From the NCBI GenBank assembly GCA_016748015.1, contig JAAOMT010000289.1:755639-819638 (forward strand): a stretch of DNA of 64,000 nt. The letters run 5' to 3'. The position numbers were made by a program, and so were the translations under genes. Positions 26,601-40,992 of the stretch are shown here, piece after piece. This DNA comes from Geosiphon pyriformis uo1. Its lineage: Eukaryota; Fungi; Glomeromycota. The notes below the pieces were generated by a model, which saw only the letters and a program-made list of their open reading frames with translations, had not been told where the DNA came from and did not search any database. Numbering within the stretch: position 1 is the first letter of the stretch; each line of letters begins with the position of its first letter.

Positions 26601-29600
26601 TTCTTTAAATTAAAGCTACTTGTTGTAAAGGTTGTGAAATGTTGGAACTCTGGTGATTTTCTGAATTTCAACTGCCTTATTAAGGTTTGGTTGGCTGTTA
26701 ATGCAGTTAAAACTTCTAAGGTTAATAGCATGGTTTTGAATGGTGTAAGCTCGATGAAGTTAATTAAACATTTGTCAGTAATAAAGAAAGGGTATCATAA
26801 GTCCAAATATTATGAGTTTAAGGTTGTTGAAGATACTGCTATAAGGAAGACAATTGATCATCATATGGAAAACTTCTGTTCTGACAAAAGAAAGATGATA
26901 AAGAGCATTCTGGAATGTCTATTTTGCAAGGTGGTTTTGGATTACTTAGTAATGAATGATGAGCTGGTGGTTAAGCCTAATGAGGTGAAGCTCAAGGTTG
27001 ACAAAATTATGGAAGGGTGGATAAGAAAGTAATCAGTTCTTCTGGAAATACCTGACCTTTGGGCTCAATAATATATGTCTCTGGATTATGTGGATGATGA
27101 TGCTTTTTCTGGTGTAATAGTTGATATGGAGAAATTGTCTCAGGCTGTTGATAATCTGCCAAACAATAAAGCAGCCGGGTTATCTGAGATACTGAATGAA
27201 CTTTGGAAGCATTGTGGTGGGAAGATTTTGGTCTGTTTTTTGAAATTGTTGAATTTGTGCTTGAGTATAAGTGCAGTTCCTAATCTGTGGAAGGAAGCAT
27301 GGATTTTAATGATTCCGAAACCTTATGAGTGAAATGGTATTCTAACAAATACCAGACCTATCACATTGATCAAGACAGCATATAAATTATTATCTAAGAT
27401 CTTATCTGATCAGATATCTTTGGCTTGTAGCAAGTTTAATGTTTTTTGTATTGACAATTTTTCAGTATTGAAAGGTACTTCGACCCAATCTCCTATTTTT
27501 ACTATTGGCTTAGTTGTTGAGAATACTCTAGAGAAAAACAGAGAGCTTTGGTTAGTGCTACAGGATATATGCAAAGCTTATAATTCGGTAGGCTGGCATT
27601 ATTTGCAAGCAAGCTTGCTTTACATCAAAATGTGTGGACATTTCATCCAATTTTTTGGCAACATTTATGGGGACCAGCTCAACAGAATGATGACTGATTT
27701 TGGGCTCTCGAATAATTATAGAGTACATAATAAGTTAGATCAAGGGGAGGTCTTTTCCCCACTGCTTTAGAGAATATTTTATGATCCACTTTTGTGTGAA
27801 GTGAAAAGGCATGAGCAATTATGTAGGTATAGGATTGATTCTTGATTTGTAGCAAAGTCTAACAGAATTGAGGCGAATGGAAAAAAAACCTCTTTTTTGG
27901 CTGCAGGTGTTTTTATTAATGATACGATTTGGGTCAGAAGTAGTTAGGCATCTATGCAATATATTTTGAATATTGCAAGTGAATTTTTTGTGATTAATGA
28001 CATCTCAATTAATAACAATAAAATGGTAGTGATTTCTATCAATTGAGAGGTTAAGAATGCTTTGTTATTAATTAATGAAGTGCCAATTTTGATTGCTAGA
28101 AAGGGTAAGTTACACTGATACTTGGGTATCTTTCTGTTAACTGAGAGTCTCTCTAAGCCTAGTTTGGCTCAAGTCCATAAGAATGTTAAGTTTTTTTCTA
28201 ATATAATGTTAAGAAAAACTATTACGGACAAACAATTCTGTTATTTGGTTTTGGCAGTTTTGCAGTCTATTGTTAGCTATTGTGTACAGTTCAGTTTTGT
28301 TATTTTAGATATGTGTCATAAGTGGGATATTATGATTAGAAAAAATCTTAGAGCTAAAGCTGGTTTATCATGTAACTTCTCCAGTAAGATCTTGCATCAC
28401 CCTTTTTTATATGGATTAAAGCCTTTTGAGCAAGTGCAGTTTGAAGAAAAACTGGCATCACTGATTTCATTTTCTAATGGCCACGGCATTCTTAGACATT
28501 TATTTGATCATAGATTTTTGGATTTGCAAGTTTTAGAATGGTTTTTTTTAAATCTTTTGCAATTTCTTGTTAAGTTGCATGTTAATTCTGTTAACAATTT
28601 CTTGGCAGAAGTGGTGAAGATCTTTTTGGAGAATGAATTATCCTTGTCAAACAATTTATCTTGTGCCTTTCATGAGTCTGGCAATTTTCCAATGTCTGGC
28701 ATTCTGGGTCAGTCTTTGTATTACAAATCCATTTTTTCATTGAAGCATTTTGGTGTTGTTTTTGGTGACAGAATTTTTAACAAGAAAGGAAAGATGATGG
28801 ACTAGAAAACATTTTGGCATTGGAAGTGATTAGACCCAAGAAGCCCTGTGCTTTACTGGTTTTTTTTAACATTTGATTTTATAAATAATTATATTTCTTT
28901 GGGGGTCGGAGCTGCTACTACTACTGAAGAAGATGTGCTGAGTGTTTTGGATTCTGATAGGTTCTCTGAAGTTTATGATAGTTTGCTGAAGATGTGGTCT
29001 GATTGTATTAAGGTGTATACAGATGGGTCCTTGAGATGTGCTGGTTCTGTTGAGGCAGCAGGTGGAGCAGCTGCATACTTTTCAGCTATAAACGTGAGCA
29101 TTGGGATTAAGATTGCTGGACTTTTGTCCTCTACTTTAGCTAAACTGCAAGCTATGATGTTGGCCTTAGAGTGTGTTTCATCTTCTTGCTCAGTAGTTTT
29201 ATACTCAGATAGTTAATCTGTGATTGATGCCTGCATTTCTGAGGCTTCTTTGACTACATCTAACTTCCGTAACCAATGTTGGATCAAAAAATTGCAAATT
29301 GTCAATCTCCTTAAAAACAAGAATATTTCAATTAAGTAGGTGAAGATTAAAGGATATTCAAATGTATTGGGCAATATAAAGGCTAACACACTGGCTAATA
29401 AGGCTACTTTCTCATTTCTTTCTTTGCCAGTTAATATCCGGAAGAGGTTTCTAGTTGTTGAAAAGACTGTCATATTTGGCAATGTTTGTCATTTTGCTCA
29501 GGACTTACACTGGTCAATATGCTGTACTCATTGAGAGGCTGGTCTGGGTTTTGGTATAGTTCTAAATGTTATGATTAAGGAAATAGATTGGGATGCTACT

Positions 29601-30435
29601 GTGACAGTTTGGCATCCTGATTCACACATGCTTTCTGGATTTACCAGTAGGAAGTTAGCTAATTTATGCATGTATTTAATAAAGGCTGTATATAGATGGC
29701 TGCCAGTTGCAGTTAGAAAGAGGTTGTACAGCAGAAGTTATCCTGGTGTTTTGTGTTTGTTGTGTGGCAAGATAGAGTTTTCTGATCATGTTTTTGCTTG
29801 TTTTGGTGACTCTGGTCTCTGTGAGGACATTTTGGTTGAAGCTGCTGAAAAATAGATGTTAATGTCTGATCTTATGAGTTCGTCTCCATCTGCTATTTTG
29901 CTTTTGCTTTTGTTATATCCTTTGGATATGGGTCTTTATACAGCAGTGTGCAAGGGTTTTGTAATGAAAAATTGGTATGCCAAAGCTGTTTCAGTTTTTG
30001 AGAAAAGAAAGAAAGCTACTCAGACCCTAGTAGAATTTATCAAATTTGTGGTGGAATTGTAGCGTACTCAAATATAGACTATTAGGATTAAGCATAGAAT
30101 GGAGATGGAAAAGGCTGGCTTGGTTGAGGATAATGATATGGTTTCTAGCTTGTCCAGCAATGTAGTTTCTACATTGTTGGCTGGTGTTGTCTGTATGCTT
30201 GGTATTATAGAATCTTTTGCTGTCAAGTTTGATAGGCACAAATTGTGTCGTTTTTTCTCTGGTTTAAGTAGTAATGCTTTTGTTGCCATAGGTGTATAGT
30301 GTTGCCTTGTCTGGCCCAAGTGGCTGGCCATATGTAGTCTGTACATAAGCTGCATTTAATTGGTTCCACTTAGTTTGGTTCTATGTACTAAATAGCAGTT
30401 GGGCTTTATTTGTAAAACTTGTAATAAAAAAAAAA
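23626..30435 (+). mobile_element. Full-length LINE (second subfamily), older and CpG-depleted
   Basis: 5' aaaaaacttcttt motif; ORF1 ~23750-25628 with CEKCGLLGHSALEC; ORF2 25625-30299 with EN, RT, RH (YTDGS) and CLLC..HVFAC; poly(A); TSD ataataac at 23618-23625 and 30436-30443. Confidence 0.93.
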
Positions 30436-30443
30436 ATAATAAC

Positions 30444-33440
30444 TATTTAACTTTTTATATTAATAATATATTCTTTGTTAATAAAAATATATATTAAAAT
30501 TAATATAAAATAATAAGTTTAATAAAAATTAATAATATAATATTCTGAATTTTAATACATATTTTATTTAAATTATTAAAATAAGTAATAATATTACTAA
30601 TTACAAAACTAAATTTTTAATTAATTTATTAATAAAAATATAATTTTATTATTATTATTATTATTATATAATTATAAATTATTTATATTTAATATAGCAA
30701 TTTTATTATTAATAAATTTTAAATAAATAATATAAACTTTGAATTAATTAGAAATTAAAATTCATATATTTTTATTTTTAAAATGTTCTAATTTATTATA
30801 ATATTTTTTGTTTTTTAATTTATTAAAATACATAAAATCAATTTTTTTAAATATTTAACAAACTTATTAAATTTGTCTATACTTAAAATATTTAAAATTA
30901 CTATTTTTAAAGCAAAATCAAAAAATATAATATTAATATTATTTATATTAAGTTTTATAAATATATTAATTATATTAACTAAAAAAATTATAAAAGCTTT
31001 TTTAGCAGATTATTTATGTTAGCAAATTTTATTATTATTATAATTTTATTTTCTAATTTTAATTAAATATTTTAATATTTTATAATAATAATAATAAATA
31101 GTTTTAATTAAAAAGTTTTTAAACAAATTTGCTTTTATTTTTAACTTTTTTTAATTAATAAATTTTATTTTTATATAAATTTTTATTTATTTAAGCTTTA
31201 TAAATAATAATTAAATACAAAACTGCTATAATTAAATAAATAAACTGCTTATTTAATATGGTTTTTTAAATATTAAACTTGGTTTTCTTAATTTATAAAT
31301 AATATAATACTTAAATATTTATAAAGTTTTTTAAGCTTTATTATATTAATACTTTAAATTAATGTTTTTTATTTTATAATTAATTAAAATTATTATAGTT
31401 TTTTTTATATTTATTAAAATATTATTAATCTAAAAAAATTAATGTAAAATAAAAACATCTTTTTGTTTATTAATCTTATTAATAAATTTTATATTAATTT
31501 TACAACCAAAAAAAAATTCTTTTTTCTTGATTTTACATAAAAATAAATTATAAAATATGTACTAAAAGAGAAATAAAATTTTTTTTTCTTAATTTAAATT
31601 GTAAATTTAAAGTTTAATATAATTTTATTTTTGTAATTATAATAAATATTGGCCAAAAATTACAAATTTATCACATATTTTTATTTTTTTAAGGATTTTT
31701 TTCAAATTAATTTAATTAACAAATTATATATTTTTATATATTTTAAAAAACCAATTACAGTTTTTTTTTTCTAAAGTATTTTTAACAATAAAATTAACTA
31801 AAAAAATAAATTTTATATTAAAATATTTTCAAAAAAATTTTTTTTTTTAATATTCTGTTATAATTACAAGTTTTTAATATTTAATTAGTAAAATTTTTTT
31901 AAAAAAACTTCTTAATAATCTTAATTAAAAAATTTATTATTTATAAAACTTAATTTTAAATCTTAAGAACATTTTTTACATATAAACAAAAATTAAAAAA
32001 TTCAAAAGTAAATTATATATTAAAAAATTATTATGTTTTTATTATTTATTAGAAATCTTAAAAAATTAATTACTTTTTTATTAAATAATTTTTTTAATAA
32101 TACCAAAAATTTTTCAAAAATTTTTTATTTTCTATTTTATTTTTTTGTAATTAAATTTTATTATAGATTTAACTTTACATAAATTAAAAATATTATTATT
32201 ATTATGTGTTAAATTATTATTATAAAAATTTAATAATAAATTAAAACTTTTTTTTTATTATATTTTAATTGTTTTTTTGCTATATTTTTTATTATTTTAC
32301 AAAATACAAATTTTTTGTCTTAAAATTAATAATTATTATTAATAGTAATATAATAATAAAAAAGTTATTTATAATTTTATTAAAAAATGTAAATAAAAAT
32401 ATTAAAACTTTTAAAATAAAACATTTTTTTTTTAAATAGTAGTTTGACTAATATTAATAAATTTGAAAACATAAAAATTAATTTTAATAAAAAAATAGAT
32501 AATAATAAAAATAAATTTAAAATAAATAATAAAAATAAACTTTTTTTTAAATTTTTAAATAAATATTTTTAAGATAAAAAAAGTAAATATTAATAAGATA
32601 ATAATTTTTTTATTAAATAAAATAATTTATAATATTAAAGATAAAAAGATATTTTTTTGTTTGTTTTTTTTATTATATTAAAATTTAATTTAAAGTTTCA
32701 AAAAATTAAGTTCAAATTATAAATATTTTAACTTAAAATTAATATAAATCAAAATTTTATAACTTAATTTAACCGATCAAGTTTTATATATAAGTAAATT
32801 AAATCTTAATTTAGTTTTTTTAACTTAAAAAATAATAAATAACAAATTAAGTTAAATTATAAGTTATTAAACTTAACCCAATTTTTAAAATAAATTTTTT
32901 TTGAATTAAATTCAAATTAAATCAAGACTTAAATTAATTTAAATTATTAAAAACTTTAGTTTAATTAGTTTATTTTAATAATTATTAAAAAAAATTAAAA
33001 GTTATTATAAAAAAATTTTATATTTTAAATATTAATTTATTAATTATTAAAAAAAAAGTTCTGTAAAAAAAATATAAACTATTAAAAAATTATTTTTATT
33101 AATAAATGATTTTAAAAGAGTTTTTAATTTTTTAAAGTTTTAAAAAATTATTAGATTTATATTTATATTAAAATTTAATTTGATTAAAAGTACAATATTG
33201 ACTATAAAAATGAGTATTCTAATAAATAATAATTTTAAAAAATTAGACATAATATTAAATTAAATTGTAATTATTAAAAAAAATTTTATAAATATTTTTA
33301 AAAAAGTAATTATTTTGTTTAAGTTTGACAAAATAATATTAATTTAATTATAACTAATTAAATTATGACAACTAATTGTTTTAAAAAATAAAAAGTTTGT
33401 AATTTTTTTATTTTTTGTTCTAGTTATAATTATAAAAATA
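30444..33440. other. Extremely AT-rich decayed repeat tract
   Basis: Very low GC, residual C mostly in AC context, no ORFs. Confidence 0.6.
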
Positions 33441-33922
33441 TGTGCTGAAGGATTGGCTTACAGAGACTATTGGGATTTTTGATAATACAAAGAAAACCAA
33501 CTCTGCTGTTGTTGATTTTGTAAGATATCTGATAGAGTTACATTATTTTAGGGTTTGGTTAATGAGGTTTAAGTTTAGAGTTGATATAAAAAAGACTGGC
33601 TTAATTGAAAACAATAGTGTAATATCAAATTTGTTATGTAGTTTGACATTAATACTATTAGATAGTACAATTAGGATGTTTGGTATTATTGAGTTTTTTG
33701 TTATTAATTTTGGTTATTATAGATTATGCTTTTTTTTCTGGTCTGAATTGTGATATAAATATTAGTATAAGTGTTTAGTATTGCTTTGTCTGGTCTAAGT
33801 GGCTAGTTACATGTAATAAGTGTATAAGCTATATTTAGTTTAAGCCACTTAGTTTGGTTTTATGTATTAGATAGTAGTTGGACTTTACTTAATAAATATT
33901 TTTATAAAAAAAATAAAAAAAA
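33441..33922 (+). mobile_element. 5'-truncated LINE (ORF2 C-terminus, 3' tail, poly(A))
   Basis: LKDWLTETIGIF...FVRYLIELH...RLCFFFW aligns with ORF2 end at 29960-30299; 3'UTR aligns with 30300-30425. Confidence 0.85.
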
Positions 33923-34860
33923 ATGAGAAAAAAAGATTAATTTTTTTTATATTATATAATTATTATTAATTAAACACAATTGTTAATAATTAAGTATATT
34001 TATTAACAAAATTGTTTTTGTGTTAATTATTTTATTTTTAAGTTAATAATAATTGGTTAATTATTAATAATAAATTGTATTTTAATTAATTTAATAATTT
34101 AAAATTTTTAACTAAATAAACTATTTTGTTTTGTGCCAATTTTTTTTAATTTTTCAATAATTGATGTTTAAAACATAAATTTTTTTGTGTTTATAATAAT
34201 TTTTTTTTGTTAAACCATATTTTTTTAACTCTTGTTTTTTTGGTGTTGGTTGTAATATTTTTTTGCTTTGTAGTTTTTTTTTGTTTTTACTTTTTTCTGC
34301 CATGTTTAAGTTATTTTTATTATCAAAAATAAAAAGTTATAAATTTACAGTGTTTAAGATAATAGTTTGTATATAAAAACAGATTTGTATGTATATTAAT
34401 ATGTGAACTTGCTTTATCTTTAATGGCCAAAAGATTAATGAAGAAATATTTATTTCTATTAATAATAAAAATAAATAATATTATTTTTAATAACTCAAAG
34501 AATTGTTTACATTAAATAAAAATTTTTTATTTGAGTTGACTATTTTAAAAATTGTTAAATTAAACTCGAATTTTGCAATCCAAATTTGTAAAATTTTAAA
34601 CTTTAGGTGCACAATATATTTCCAGTTGATGTTACTTGCAACATTTGTAAAAAAATGAGAATATAGCGTTTTAGTTGTAAAAAAAATATATACCAGGGGA
34701 AAAATAAATAAACCATGACACGTTATTGCATTATTGTCTAAATAGACATTGTTAGCCAATAAGACCGTTAACCACAATTTTTTTAACTTGCAGAGATTTT
34801 GTAGAATTTTTGTTGATAATCACTAAAGAACATCCTTCTTTAAACCTTTTTTTATTAGCG

Positions 34861-36500
34861 ATGGAGCAAAATGAATTACGACCAAAACAAAAATCTATTC
34901 AGGCTCAAACACCTCAAATGAAGGTCAAAAAAATGATGGAACACTTATCTGAAATTTCCAAAGATCAAAGTGAGACAAAAGGGATAACGGAGAGTCCTTC
35001 CAAAACTCTTAACAAAGGAAAAGCAAAATATGTCATGGGGGATAACAAAATAAGTAAAAAGGCAAAGGGGAAGGAGCGAGCGAATTCCCCAAATGTTGAA
35101 CTACTTGATTCCTTTGATAAATCAAAGAATTTCTCCGACTCGACCCATACTGTTTCTTACAAAAACGAAACTGGAATAGAGAAAAGTAAAACTGTTTCAA
35201 CTATAAATGTGTCGATTAATAATCCCCCCAACGATAAGGGAAATCATTTGGAAGATAGGTGAGCTCTATATTTTTCTCAGAATTCATAAAAATAATGAAA
35301 TAATTTAATTTAGAATTTAGGAACTTAAAGTGGAAACCCCCTGCCGCTTTCCAACCCTTTATTTATCAGAACGATCAAACTGTTTTCGATCATGAAGAAT
35401 TACAAGATGATAAAAAGGAGTTATGGCTTTTTCGTGTGCCGCTCGGGGTACTTACATCCTTCATGCCTATTATTATTTTTGCAAGCAGCACGCAAATCAG
35501 TTTGAATTTTCTTATTTCCAGCTGGAAAATATGAAGTTAGAAGGATCGATAATTACACTGCCCCCTCTCTCGCATTCAAAAATTGCTCGGATTGGGACTA
35601 TTGAAGGACAGCACAAAGATAAATTTGGATTACATTGTCTACCCAAAAAAGAAAATTTTCTTAAATCCATTGATGACGACCATCTTGAAGAAGAAAAAGT
35701 GCATGATGATGTAGATTTCATCGGTTGCCAAGATATGTACGATGTTTCATGTTTAATGCCTTCTCGCCAGAGGGATGGACACCTCGTTTTAGGTATATTG
35801 GGGTATCTTTTTTAAGAATTTATTTTTTTCGATTTTGAAATAACGATTTTTAATTCAATAGAAACAAAGCAATTCAGCCAACGCATTGCAATTACCCAAT
35901 TAATTGACTTGCCAGATCCTAAGCAGGCAGCTTTGGATATTCTGGCTAAACCAAAAACACCACTAGAACAACCAAAAGACCTCAAATTGCAATTCAGACC
36001 TTATGGTTTTGATACAGGCATGCTCTGTTCCTTGAATCTTAAAATTATTTTTAGGATTCCTTTTTCTAACTCATTAAGCTAATGTCCAATAGGTCATTTA
36101 CAAAATTCAAAGAAACGAAAGCAAGAAGCCACTGAATATGACGTTAATGAAGACTTTAAAAGTAATATGACAAGTGTGATTAATGCTATGTTAGTTTACT
36201 TCTAATCGCTAATCGGATCATTCATAAATCTTCGATATAGCTGGCAACAGTATCACGTTAGAAGATGAAAAAGCATCATTGGCCATTAATTTACTTGACG
36301 CCTTACCTCGAATCGTAAAACCACAACCTTCCAGAAAGAAAATTCCTATACCAATACCAACGGAAAGAGGCGAACACATTACACATCTCCCCGATAAAAG
36401 GATCGATAAAAAGATTGAGGACAAACGCAAATCCGGAGCAAAAAATAAGGTCAAAAAAAGGAAATTCAACAGATCCCGAGGGTTCCAAGACAGTTTTTGA
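34861..36500 (+). CDS. RPA34: RNA polymerase I subunit A34.5-like, multi-exon
   Basis: KWKPPAAFQPF, DDKKELWLFRVP, EQPKDLKLQFRPYG motifs and a Lys-rich C-terminus typical of the A34.5 family. Confidence 0.72.
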
Positions 36501-37008
36501 GTCAACTTTATGGCATATATAAGAGAGTATATAAATGTTCTATCTTGTTTAAAGTGCCCAAAAAATGGTTAAAAAATATTGATATTAATTCGAATCTCTG
36601 ATATCCAAGAAAAGGGACAATGTACCGATCCTCAGATCTTTATCTGTGTGATAGGATTTTACAATTATTTATTCAATTGACGAAATAAATTATTTAAAAG
36701 AGGAGGTATATTACCATCAAATTTAGTGTACTTTTTTAATCATTACGGTCTTTCGTATATTGACTTCTAAACCCGTTTTCTTGCGCCACATGGGGAATTC
36801 TTCAACTAGACGTCTCTGAATTTAATGCGTTTGATTTTGGAACAAAGTAACTCGAAATTTGTCGATTGGAAAAGTGCAGATTTTTTGAGACTAAGAGAAG
36901 CTTTGTAAAGCAATAAGTGTTCAAATTAGAAATTAATGATACTTTCATTTCCCTTAAATCCGCTATATTTGTAGACTTACATTCCTTCAGAGTATCTTGA
37001 TTTAACAA

Positions 37009-37674
37009 TCATTTGGCACTCTGCTTGTACATTGTCGTGTCCAGGATTTGCTTACCGCACATTGCGCAAATCCCTTGTTTGTAAGCGCAACCTATGGAGA
37101 AAAAAATTACATTAATATACCAAAAATAACCTACAATATTCTCTAAATCCTTGAGAGAACCTCGTATATGATATGGGTGAGGTAGATAACATTACCAATG
37201 TTGAGGGTTGAAAGGTAATAAAAATGCGAATCATTCACAATAGGAATCTTACCTTGACAGTAATGAGCGTGTTCTTGATGCACTCGGGATTTACATATTT
37301 TGCATTTGTTTTCGTAAGGTTTAAACCTGTGAAAAAAAAACATTAAAAATCTTAATGTTATGATTTCGAGGTTCCTTGATATCAACTCTAAAGATACTCA
37401 CCGGTTCTTCCCTGGTTTACTTAAAAGTTTATTCTCATGGAGTCTTCTATCTGTCCCAACTAAAAAAAAGGATTATAAGATCAAAACGATTAGATGTGAG
37501 TTAGAGTTCACAAAACTTAAACATTGAGGTACCAGCAGTGTTTCGTGACCCTTCTTTCCATTTGTCCGGACATATAACTTTCGCTAATTTCTTCTCGCCT
37601 ATTGAAAAGAGGTTTAAAAATGCCTGAACCAAAAACCTTATGATTTAATATTGCTTACATTTTTTGCACACCAT
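37009..37674 (-). CDS. CRIPT: CRIPT-family cysteine-rich protein, 5 small exons
   Basis: Spliced: MVCKKCEKKLAKVICPDKWKEGSRN...ENKLLSK...CKICKSRVHQ...YCQGCAYKQGICAMCGKQILDTTMYKQSAK. Confidence 0.92.
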
Positions 37675-38185
37675 CTTTAAAGAGGTCCTATAAAAGAAAT
37701 ATTAGCAACCAGCTTAAAAAGTAGGCGGTTTTCGTGAAATTAACTCCCGGCCAATTATTTACAATCATTATGATATCATCAAGTATGTATAAATTGAAAC
37801 CTCTTTTGGGTATTCCAACAAAGTGAACAGTAATGGTTTACTCTGCCTCTAGTCAAGCATGAGAGTTTCTCAGTTGGGCGACGTTTCGCTTGAGCTCCAG
37901 CTTTCCTCCAAATCAAAATTAGAAGTTAAACAAATGGATCTTAGGTCTTCTCTGATCTATTCGGAGAGTTGCAGTGGCGATAGTTCCAATATTTTTGAAA
38001 ACTTCCCTTTTACATTCACAGCTCCTCAGGTGCTTAAACTCCCCCCCTTGGCAAATTTTACAAACAATTATAAGGAGCCTCCACAACAACCTGTTCGTTT
38101 TGAACTTAGCATTGAAAGGAAGACACGCAATTACTTTAAACGACACACTTTGAGTCGTCACCCTGGAAAGAAAGGGCCACTAGTT

Positions 38186-39654
38186 ATGGCGAAGACACAA
38201 ATTGCTTTGGATGCCCTACCAACTGAGATCCTTATCAATATTATGGAATATTGTGAATCATTAGATAATGTGAGCTGTCTAAATAAGTTTTTTCATAATC
38301 TGGTCCAAAATAAATTGGTACTTGCACGTTGGAGTTTACGTCAATTAGGCCGCTCACAAGCTTTGATGGTTACTATTAATGCTTTATGGCGAGAATCTGA
38401 AGACAAATCTGGAGGCTTGGAATTGGTCAAATACATGGTCAACGCTGGAGCTGATATTTTTTGCGGTGATCATGGAATGTGGCTTTTGAAACTATTGGAA
38501 GTTAAAAAATATCGCTTATTGGAATGTTTGTTGGATCACTACAAGTATTTTTTCTTCAGAGAACCATTAAGTCAAAGAGAAAATGAGATTCATAATCATT
38601 ATGTTGAAAATGGTGATCACACAATTAACGGTGATGAATACGACAGCGCAGTCGACATTCGTGTTCAGAAAACCATTAAGGAGGTGGCCCACCGTGCTGT
38701 CTTTAACGACAATCCAGCCGCCAGCGTTATAGCTTTTCTTATAGATAAAGGTTTCAAATCCAATATGGCTTTATCAAAATTCATCAAACTAGGCAATCAT
38801 AGTGTCGTAAATCTCATTTTAAAAAACATAGATAAAGCTCCCTTAACCAAAGAAGAAATAAATCTTGCCATGAAATTTTTTCAATTTTATTCAAGCCGTC
38901 GAGGTGATTTGGATATGATCCGACTTTTCCTTTATCACCGTGTTATTACCATTGATGATGATGGACGTGCACCGGAATATCCAGCTTTACTTGAAGAGGC
39001 TATTTGTTTTCAAAATGTCCATGTGGTCGATTACTTAATTGATCACGGTCTCTATCACATTCCTCATTCAGTTCAAACAATTAGAAGAATGCTAAAAGCA
39101 ACGCAAAAACAGGGTCAGCTTGATGAGAATTATTTTATATTTTTATTATTTGTAAGGGAAATATTCTAGCGATTTGCACAAAAAATTGATGGAAGGCGTA
39201 TTTTGTATATAGGCGATCACATTCTCTACCATCTCTATCGAAGAAAATTCTTCGATATTCAACCAGTCCCAGCCGTAGAGCATCCATCGCATTGGCACCG
39301 TTCACAAGAGTGGTACGTGAATAGCACTTATGGGAGACTAATTTATTGTATCTAAAATAATTTTTATAAATTAGGATTGTTGAAAAGATTTGTGATATCC
39401 CGCAGACCAGAAGTCTCCTAAGGTTTTTACAGAATTTGGGTGGACAGTTTATGTATTGGACATGGGAAAATAATCAAAAAGAAGAGCTTTCACATCCATT
39501 CAACATACCTATTGATCGCCGAGTGTTAATAAGGATCATCGATAACCATTCACTTGATTTACAAATTTCTCGCGAACAGATTGAGGATATATATTTTGAA
39601 GACATGTATTGGCGGAAATATGTCCGCGGAAAGGGCATATTATATTTAATATAG
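38186..39654 (+). CDS. F-box protein with ankyrin-like helical repeats (start could be 37859; 3' exons approximate)
   Basis: LDALPTEILINIMEYC...LNKFFHNL F-box; LELVKYMVNAGADI, GDLDMIRLFL and VHVVDYLIDHG are ankyrin-like. Confidence 0.7.
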
Positions 39655-39966
39655 TAAGACGAAGCCTTCCCGTTGAGCATTATCAGCTGCACGGAAAGAC
39701 AGTATATATTGCTTGTTTCCGATATCGAATAAAGACTCGGTTAATTTATTTTCCTGGTTACTGTTAAAGGATGAACTAATGATAATTGGCCTCATGGAAA
39801 TATTGTCAGGCTGACTTCTTTTAAATGTCCCGCTCTATAGCACGAAACGTGCCTAAAGCAAATTAAAAATAGCTTTAGTATTTTATCTTTCACTTAATCT
39901 GAAGAGAAAAGCGTTCAATTCCCAAAATTTCTCATTATATGAAACTGAAAATCGCTTCACGAAAAG

Positions 39967-40992
39967 TTAATGAATGTCAGGAGCAGGAATTTGGTGGTGT
40001 TGCTGTAACTTGTATTCAAATTCCATTTTCATCAATCTGATTTGTTCTAGATCTTTGGTTAGCTTAATCTTTGTGTTCTCTGCGTTAATACGCTCAATAT
40101 CCAATTTTTCTTTCTGAAGATCAAAATCTTTTTGCATCTTTTCTTTTTGGAGCATAACCTGCAATTCCATCTCACGTTGTTCCATCGCAAGTTTCCCTTC
40201 CCAATACTTCTCTACCCAATTACTCGTTTGTGGGATGAAAGAATTAATGGGTGATATGTTATGAGCGTTTGTTGATATTACGGGTGCAGAATTGGCAGTA
40301 GGTAAATTGTTGGTGGTGTTTCGCGGTGTGATTGGTGCGGAAGTAGTGACGACACGCTTTTTCCTTTTAGTGGGGCGCTTATTCTCCTCAGAATCATCAG
40401 AAGAATCCACACCTGGGTTTCCTGATTTAGGTTCCCCTGTGATATTTGTGGAGGGGGTATGTCCACGCTGTCCAAAAACTTGATCCATACGCGTGTACCA
40501 TGCCCAATTGGGTGATGTTCCACCTGAATTCTTTTGCGAGCGAATCTTGTGATATTTTGCGAGAAGTTTATGAACTTTATTTTTCACTTGGGTAGGATTT
40601 CGGTTCTTTAATACATCCGTAATAAACTGCTTATAAAATTTTGTTTTGTTTCCGGAAAACCAATTACCATAATTGTCATTAATATAATTCAATAAGAGTG
40701 TTGTCTCTGTTTGATTCCACATGATATCTTCTTCTACTTCGGTGCCAATATGTTCAGGGAGAGCTGAAAGGGGATTGATTTCGTCATCTTTGTTATTTGC
40801 AGTTTGAGAAAGAGGAGGTCTCTCTGTCAAGCTTGCTTCTTGTGTTGTTAAGATATGGCTTGGGCGTCCATTTAAAACCCCAGATCCATGTTCTGGTAAC
40901 GCATATAGACTATTTGAGGTGCCTTGGACTACTAACCATTGATCTTTGTCCGAAGACCCGTTCGAAGCTCCCTTTGAAGAGTTAGAACGCAC
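39967..40992 (-). CDS. Myb/SANT-like (trihelix-type) DNA-binding protein with C-terminal coiled coil; true start uncertain
   Basis: WNQTETTLLL...RNPTQVKNKVHKLLAKY...WAWYTRMDQVFG; NLS-like KRPTKRKKR; E/K/Q-rich coil. Confidence 0.78.
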   Translation of the reverse strand: MRSNSSKGASNGSSDKDQWLVVQGTSNSLYALPEHGSGVLNGRPSHILTTQEASLTERPPLSQTANNKDDEINPLSALPEHIGTEVEEDIMWNQTETTLLLNYINDNYGNWFSGNKTKFYKQFITDVLKNRNPTQVKNKVHKLLAKYHKIRSQKNSGGTSPNWAWYTRMDQVFGQRGHTPSTNITGEPKSGNPGVDSSDDSEENKRPTKRKKRVVTTSAPITPRNTTNNLPTANSAPVISTNAHNISPINSFIPQTSNWVEKYWEGKLAMEQREMELQVMLQKEKMQKDFDLQKEKLDIERINAENTKIKLTKDLEQIRLMKMEFEYKLQQHHQIPAPDIH

